This document shows, piece after piece, positions 16,705-22,226 of a stretch of DNA of 22,226 nt (positions within the stretch are counted from its first letter, which is position 1; every line of letters starts with the position of its first letter). Under the pieces are notes generated by a model that was not told the origin of the DNA, searched no databases, and was given only the letters and a program-made list of their open reading frames with translations. The DNA is from Promethearchaeota archaeon (GTDB lineage: Archaea; Asgardarchaeota; Lokiarchaeia; Sigyniarchaeales; SOKP01), in NCBI GenBank assembly GCA_016839705.1, contig JAEOTR010000071.1, positions 1 through 22,226 of the forward strand, given 5' to 3'. The translations under genes were made by a program, and so were the position numbers.

Positions 16705-16938
16705 GTTAATATCCTTTTACAATAAATTAAATTGAATTTTTAAGTTATTTTTGATAGTATAAATAAACAGAACTAATTAAAATTTTTCTTTTAAATTATA
16801 ACATTTAACATCTAACCCCATTTAATTAAAAATTATTATTCTATTTCAGAATAAATCATTTTTCAATTTTCGATTTATCGAATGATCCCAAGATTGAAAT
16901 TAATTTTTACTTCTTATCCCATTTATTATATAATGTTT

Positions 16939-17305
16939 ATGATCACCCAATCAATCATAATTTATTTCATAAGGATGATTCAATTTAACTTAAATTTTTT
17001 TAATTCCCCCTTCAATTATAGTAAAACTAAGATTAAACACGAATTACTCAATATTACCATTTGAATTGTTGTGTGTCTAACAAAATTACTTCATCTTTTT
17101 CGAATGATTAGTCATTGTATGATCACATAATTTATGATAACTTTTTCAATTATGATTGTCAGTTTCAATTAAAAATTTTTCAATTCCCCTTTAAATTATA
17201 ACAAAACCAATAGTAATGATTAGTTACTCAATATTGATATTCGAATAATTTTGATTATGCAAAAATTAGTTCATATTTTTTGAATGATCAACCATTGGAT
17301 GATCA
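16939..17305. repeat. non-coding 180-bp tandem repeat (two full units plus the start of a third)
   Basis: ATGATCA at 16939/17119/17299; AATTCCCC 17002/17182; TTACTCAATATT 17044/17224; GAATGAT 17102/17282; 126/180 identical with no gaps (hand count). Confidence 0.85.
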
Positions 17306-17388
17306 TAGGTTTTGACTCTTCAATTAAAACCAAAATTTTTTGTCGTGATTTTTTTTTCATTTAACTCTTCTAATTCTGCTGATTTAGT

Positions 17389-17403
17389 CAAAACATTTAA
17401 ATA
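17389..17403 (+). promoter_or_regulatory. candidate BRE + TATA box of the histone gene
   Basis: CAAAACA-TTTAAATA about 105 nt upstream of the ATG; in AT-rich DNA this is not unique. Confidence 0.4.
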
Positions 17404-17495
17404 CCTCTTCAGACATTATACTATCTAAGACACTTTAAAAATAAACTACAATAAAATTAAAAACTTAAATTTTAAAATTTTATACCACAAATTTG

Positions 17496-17500
17496 GAGGA
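17496..17500 (+). promoter_or_regulatory. Shine-Dalgarno GGAGG of the histone gene
   Basis: GGAGG ends 7 nt before ATG 17508. Confidence 0.7.
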
Positions 17501-17507
17501 ATAAAAA

Positions 17508-17726
17508 ATGGCAAAAAAGAAACATTCTTTCGCATGGAGTCCAATCCGTCGATTAATGAAGCAACAAGGCGCCTCTATCGTAGCTCGCAATGCAGTTGAC
17601 TTATTAATCGATCATTTAGAGAAAACCGCTTCTGGTTTGACTGAACAAGCAAGAACCTTTACCATGCATGCGAACAGAAAGAAAATCACAAAGAACGACT
17701 TGCTCCTAGCAATTAAGTACGTCTAA
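17508..17726 (+). CDS. archaeal histone (HMf-type histone fold) with short basic N-terminus
   Basis: FAWSPIRRLMKQQGA.IV...A...HANRKKITKND (R-x6-D L2 salt bridge), 72 aa, strong SD. Confidence 0.95.
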   Translation: MAKKKHSFAWSPIRRLMKQQGASIVARNAVDLLIDHLEKTASGLTEQARTFTMHANRKKITKNDLLLAIKYV

Positions 17727-17759
17727 GAAAATTAGATGGGCTAAGGGTTTAATTTTAAC

Positions 17760-17797
17760 ATTTTTTTCTTTTTTTTTTCTTTACTTTTTCCTTTCTT
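17760..17797 (+). terminator. oligo-T terminator of the histone gene
   Basis: Long T-rich tract TTTTTTTTCTTTTTTTTTTCTTTACTTTTTCCTTTCTT about 35 nt after TAA. Confidence 0.7.
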
Positions 17798-17943
17798 AAC
17801 TCATTTAAGACAAAATAATGGTTGAGCTTAAGAACAAGTAAAAATCTTAGAATCCTTTATTGTACATGAACTTATTGTACTAAAATGTTTTAAGGAAAAG
17901 ATGGTTACTATCATTTATTCCAAAATATTATAAATTATCAAAA

Positions 17944-20001
17944 ATGTCCGATTCTCGACCCAAGAAATTAATCCGTGCGGAAGAACTTATGTATAGTGGG
18001 AAAGTAGAAGAAGCATTTGAAATTATTACAGCTTTCGAAAAAAAAAGTTCTCTGAAACCTAAAGATCAATTATCAGCACTTCTTCTAAGGGGAAGGATAT
18101 ATTCTTCAAAGATACAAATAAAAGAAGCAATAAATGTCGGGGAGCTTGCATTTCCGATGAGCCAAGAACAAGGAAAGGTTCTTGAGTCCATTGAAGCTCT
18201 GCTACTTAAAGCTCTTATATATAACTTTGCTAAATTTGATGAATCTTTGGAATATATCCTGCAAGCTGAAGAATTATTGAATTCTATTTCGCTTGATTCT
18301 GAATCTACACTTTTTAGGTTAAGATTACAAATATTAGTTGCAAAAGCTTGGGTTCATTTTTATAAAGGTGAATCAAATGTATCAATAGATCTAGCACTAG
18401 AAGGTTTGAGGGTAGCAGAAAAAACTGAGAAAAAGTTTGATATTGCACCTGTTTTAACTCAACTCGGGATGATATTTCCTCATGAAGGTAAAGCTCAGTT
18501 AGGCTTAGAATGTGCTTTTAAAGGTTTGGAACTTTTTAAGGATTTAAATTTTCAGGATGGGATCGCTTTTAGTCTTTATGCGGTAGTAGCTGCTTATTTT
18601 TTCATGGGTGAAGTTGATCAAGCATTAAAATTCGAGAATCAGTTTTTAACCTTTAAAGAAATTAGTGATTTTATGAAATTTGGTAATGTAATAATTCTCA
18701 GCTCAATCTATCGAGAAAAAGGAGAACCAAATAAAGCTTTAGAATATCTTAAAAAAGCAGAGAGAAACATACTAACAAATAGTTCTGCATATGGTTCTTA
18801 CATGTTAGAAATGGGAATGATTTACCGATTATTGGGAGAATTTGAGATGGCAATAGAATATCTAAAACAGAGTTTGACATATTTTACCTTTAATAAAATA
18901 CCTCATGGGATGGCGTACCCCCTTCTCTATCTTTTAATCATCAATCTAGATCAAAATTCTATGGCAGAATCAAAGAAATATTTAACACAGTTAGAACAAA
19001 TTAGTAATAAACTTGATAATAAAATAACTAAGCATGCGTATCAATTAGGGAAAGCGAAGGTTTTAATAGCAGGTAATAGAATCCATGATCATGCAGAAGC
19101 AGAAAAATTACTGAAACTTATAACTAGAGATGATATTATTTTTCCAGATTATCATGTATTATCTTTAGTTTCGTTATGTGAGCTTCTTGTGGGAGAACTT
19201 TTAATCTATAATAATCCAGAAGTACTCGGTGAGATACAACAATTAATTCTACAACTAATCAAAATAGCTGAAAGTCAGAATTCATTTTCATGGTTAGCGG
19301 AGGTTAAACTATTGCAGGCTAAATTGTACTTGATTGAAATGAAAATTGAAAATGCAAAACTTTTATTAACAGAAGCCCAACGTATCGCTGAAGTGCATGG
19401 TCTTCAAATGTTAGCAAGGAAAATTTCAAGTGAACATGATAATTTGTTGGAGCAATCAAAAGCTTGGGAAAGTTTAAATGAAGAAGATGCATCCATATCA
19501 GAACGCATTGAGTTAGCTTCTGTTGATGGTGTTATTGATCGTTTACAAGGTAAACGTACGATTGAACCTCCTGAATTATTAGATGAGCAACCAACACTAC
19601 TACTAATCATAGCTGAGGGCGGAGCTCTTTTGTTTTCTCATAAGTTTGTAGAGGATTTTTTATATGAAGAAGATGTAATCAGTGGATTTTTAACCGCCTT
19701 TACCGCCTTCAGTGGTGAAATTTTTTCCAAAGGACTCGATAGAGCGAAATTTGGTGAAGATACAATATTAATGGAACCGATTGATAAATTTTCTGTATGT
19801 TACCTATTTAAAGGTCAAACGTATCCCGCAATGCAGAGACTAAGTCTCTTTGTAGAACAGATTAATAATTCAACCATTATTTTGCAAGCACTTGAAAAAT
19901 ATTTTCAATCAAGTCAAGTTTTAGAATTAAAAGATAGTCCCTTGCTTGAGTCATTAATTGATGAAACCTTCATTAAGAGAAGCATTGAATTAAATGTTTA
20001 A
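17944..20001 (+). CDS. TPR-repeat protein with C-terminal longin-like domain (paralog 1)
   Basis: TPR motifs (IYREKGEPNKALEYL, MGMIYRLLGEFEMAIEYL); C-terminal LLIIAEGGALLFS...ISGFLTAF..FSGEIF...ILM...VCYLF (longin-like beta-beta-alpha-beta-beta-beta pattern). Confidence 0.85.
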   Translation: MSDSRPKKLIRAEELMYSGKVEEAFEIITAFEKKSSLKPKDQLSALLLRGRIYSSKIQIKEAINVGELAFPMSQEQGKVLESIEALLLKALIYNFAKFDESLEYILQAEELLNSISLDSESTLFRLRLQILVAKAWVHFYKGESNVSIDLALEGLRVAEKTEKKFDIAPVLTQLGMIFPHEGKAQLGLECAFKGLELFKDLNFQDGIAFSLYAVVAAYFFMGEVDQALKFENQFLTFKEISDFMKFGNVIILSSIYREKGEPNKALEYLKKAERNILTNSSAYGSYMLEMGMIYRLLGEFEMAIEYLKQSLTYFTFNKIPHGMAYPLLYLLIINLDQNSMAESKKYLTQLEQISNKLDNKITKHAYQLGKAKVLIAGNRIHDHAEAEKLLKLITRDDIIFPDYHVLSLVSLCELLVGELLIYNNPEVLGEIQQLILQLIKIAESQNSFSWLAEVKLLQAKLYLIEMKIENAKLLLTEAQRIAEVHGLQMLARKISSEHDNLLEQSKAWESLNEEDASISERIELASVDGVIDRLQGKRTIEPPELLDEQPTLLLIIAEGGALLFSHKFVEDFLYEEDVISGFLTAFTAFSGEIFSKGLDRAKFGEDTILMEPIDKFSVCYLFKGQTYPAMQRLSLFVEQINNSTIILQALEKYFQSSQVLELKDSPLLESLIDETFIKRSIELNV

Positions 20002-20016
20002 AAATTGTGAGAAATT

Positions 20017-22071
20017 ATGCCCGATTCGCGACCAAAGGAACTTATCCATGCAGAAGAACTCATGTATAAAGGTAAATTAGAAAGAACACTTAACCTTATT
20101 ACCAGCTTTGAAAAGAAAGGTAAAAAATCCTCTAAAGAGCAATTATGGATACTCCTTTTAAGAGGGTGGGTGTATGCTTTGAGAGAACAGATTAATAGTG
20201 CAATAGAAGTAGGGGAATCTACCTATAAGATGAGTAAAGAATTGAAATTAGTACCTGAAGCTATTGAGGCTCTCCTCCTAAAAGTATATTGCGTCTTTTT
20301 AGGAAAATTTGAGGAAGCTAATAGTTATATTTTAGAAGCTGAAAGGTTACTAAGTATTCATCCTGAAATTCCACCTGATAAGTATAAAACTCATATTCTA
20401 CTCCTTAAAACGTGGATTTGTTGGTATAAGACTGATTATGATAACGCCCTAAATTTAGTAAAAGAAGGTTTGGCTTCAGCAGAAAAAACAGAGAGGAACA
20501 TTCAGATAGGACTATGTTTACGTGTGATATGTGTAGTATATTTTTCAAAAGCTGATAATGAAAAAGCTAAGGAATATGGTATGAAAACTTTGAATTTCAT
20601 GAGATCAATAAATTTTCGGACTGGGATTGTTTTAGGACTTCAGGAATTAGGGCAAGTATTTCTTAATACGGGGAACCTAAATAAAGCAATAGAACTCCTC
20701 AAGGAAACTCTAACAATAACGGTTATTTCTGATTGGGTTAAAGTTAGATCATTTTCTATGCTAGGGGAAATCTATCAATATAAAGGAATGTTAGACAAAG
20801 CCTTAGAAAATTGTAAGCAAGAATTAAAATTGGCTCAGAAGGTTTCTCATTTTTTGTTCATAGGAGCATCATTAATAGCTATTGGAATGATTTATAGGAA
20901 AAAAGGTAATTTAAGTAAGGCAAAAAAGTATTTTGAACAAGGTATAATGCATTTTGAAGAATCAGGGTTGGTTATGGCAAAATCGTATTCAACTCTATAT
21001 TTACTTTTAGTAAGTCTTGATATAAATTCTAAAGAACAAGCTAAACATTATTTATCACAGTTAGAAGTAATTCATGAACAATTTAATCAAAAAATTAGTA
21101 AACAGGCATATCACTTGGGAAAGTCTTTTATTTTAAGATCAAGTAACCGAATGCGAGATAATGCCAAAGCTGAAGAATTATTAAAACAAATAGTTGAAGG
21201 AGAATTTTTATATCAGGAATTTCATGTTTTAGCTTTAATTTCTCTATGTGAACTTTACTTGGAGGAATTGGCTTTTAATAATAATCAAGATATTATAAAA
21301 GAGATTAATCCTCTACTTACAAAATTACTTGATATGGGAGAAAGACAAAAATCATTTGTTTGGAAAGCTGAAGGAATGGTCTTACAAGCCAAACTAGCTT
21401 TAATTCAAATGGATCTTAGTAAGACTAAAATATTGTTAACGGAGGCTCAACAGATCGCTGAAGAACATGGTCTAAACTTATTAGCCCGAAAGATTTCTAG
21501 TGAACATGATAATTTACTCGAAAAAACGGATGATTGGAACAAATTGAAAAAAGAAGATTCACCCATGTCAAAACGTATTGAATTAGCATCTTTCGAAGGG
21601 GTTATAAACCGATTACAAGGCAAACAAGCAATCGATCAACCTGATTTAGTTGATGAACAACCAACCCTACTCTTGATCATTGCTGAAGGTGGTTCTCTTT
21701 TATTTTCTCATAAGTTTATAAAAGAATTTCAATACGAAGAAGATGTAATCAGTGGCTTTTTAACCGCTTTTACCACTTTTAGTGGAGAACTATTCTCAAA
21801 GGGACTTGATAGAGCTAAGTTTGGTGAAGATACAATATTAATGGAATCTATTAACCATTTTTCTTTATGTTATCTGTTCAAGGGGCAGACCTATCCAGCA
21901 ATGCAGAAACTAAGTCAATTTAAAGTAAAAATCGAAAACTCCACCCCATTATTACAAACATTTGAAAAATTTAATAAAACAAGCCAAGTTCTTGAATTAA
22001 AGGATATTCCCTTACTTGAGTCATTGATAGATGAAATTTTTATTAAGAAAAGTATTGAATTAAACACTTAA
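20017..22071 (+). CDS. TPR-repeat protein with C-terminal longin-like domain (paralog 2, tandem duplicate)
   Basis: Collinear with 17944..20001 (684 vs 685 aa); LGEIYQYKGMLDKALE, IGMIYRKKGNLSKAKKYF; near-identical C-terminal domain. Confidence 0.85.
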   Translation: MPDSRPKELIHAEELMYKGKLERTLNLITSFEKKGKKSSKEQLWILLLRGWVYALREQINSAIEVGESTYKMSKELKLVPEAIEALLLKVYCVFLGKFEEANSYILEAERLLSIHPEIPPDKYKTHILLLKTWICWYKTDYDNALNLVKEGLASAEKTERNIQIGLCLRVICVVYFSKADNEKAKEYGMKTLNFMRSINFRTGIVLGLQELGQVFLNTGNLNKAIELLKETLTITVISDWVKVRSFSMLGEIYQYKGMLDKALENCKQELKLAQKVSHFLFIGASLIAIGMIYRKKGNLSKAKKYFEQGIMHFEESGLVMAKSYSTLYLLLVSLDINSKEQAKHYLSQLEVIHEQFNQKISKQAYHLGKSFILRSSNRMRDNAKAEELLKQIVEGEFLYQEFHVLALISLCELYLEELAFNNNQDIIKEINPLLTKLLDMGERQKSFVWKAEGMVLQAKLALIQMDLSKTKILLTEAQQIAEEHGLNLLARKISSEHDNLLEKTDDWNKLKKEDSPMSKRIELASFEGVINRLQGKQAIDQPDLVDEQPTLLLIIAEGGSLLFSHKFIKEFQYEEDVISGFLTAFTTFSGELFSKGLDRAKFGEDTILMESINHFSLCYLFKGQTYPAMQKLSQFKVKIENSTPLLQTFEKFNKTSQVLELKDIPLLESLIDEIFIKKSIELNT

Positions 22072-22226
22072 AGAATGTGAGAATTTATATCAATTAACTG
22101 TTTGATAACGGAGTTTAAAAATTCTCTTTCAAAATTGGGAGTAACAATGTATATTTTACTTTAATGATTATTTAAATTATACATTAAAAAATTGATCAAC
22201 AATTTAAAATGACTAAATCTAATGAA

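Noticed and set aside
16882-17064. 60-aa ORF in the psmB-histone spacer
   Set aside because: No motif or SD; the equivalent frame in the second 180-bp unit stops at once (ATG ATC ACA TAA), so it does not explain the repeat
16939-17305. CRISPR array or ORB-type replication origin as a firm call
   Set aside because: No short identical repeats with spacers, no recognisable ORB motif, and no cas or cdc6 gene in the window
19404-19610. - strand 68-aa ORF
   Set aside because: Antisense shadow of TPR paralog 1

Overview
AT-rich archaeal chromosomal window. The gene content points to an Asgard archaeon, most likely Lokiarchaeia (inference, not a database result). Evidence: a two-domain gelsolin, an archaeal histone, a proteasome beta subunit, a RING-finger protein, an EMC3/TMCO1 (DUF106) insertase and tandem TPR proteins with a longin-like C-terminus. 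About 20 CDS are supported; no rRNA, tRNA, CRISPR array or transposase was seen. Main observations from reading the sequence: (1) the gelsolin and a 118-aa coiled-coil/Pro-rich protein about 4 kb away share the same C-terminal Zn ribbon, suggesting an actin-regulatory module. (2) A 3.4-kb three-gene cassette (10479-13850) is bounded by reciprocal decayed copies of the 3' ends of the two genes flanking it, with no integrase nearby. (3) A gapless 180-bp tandem repeat lies in the 800-bp spacer upstream of the histone gene. (4) A coiled-coil + C4HC3 RING protein lies directly downstream of a proteasome beta gene that lacks the catalytic Thr. (5) A tail-anchored protein has a near-perfect 11-residue amphipathic periodicity. 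(6) The dual-specificity phosphatase appears to need a non-canonical (ATT/CTG) start. (7) A hidden CCG-domain gene remnant sits at 232-366.
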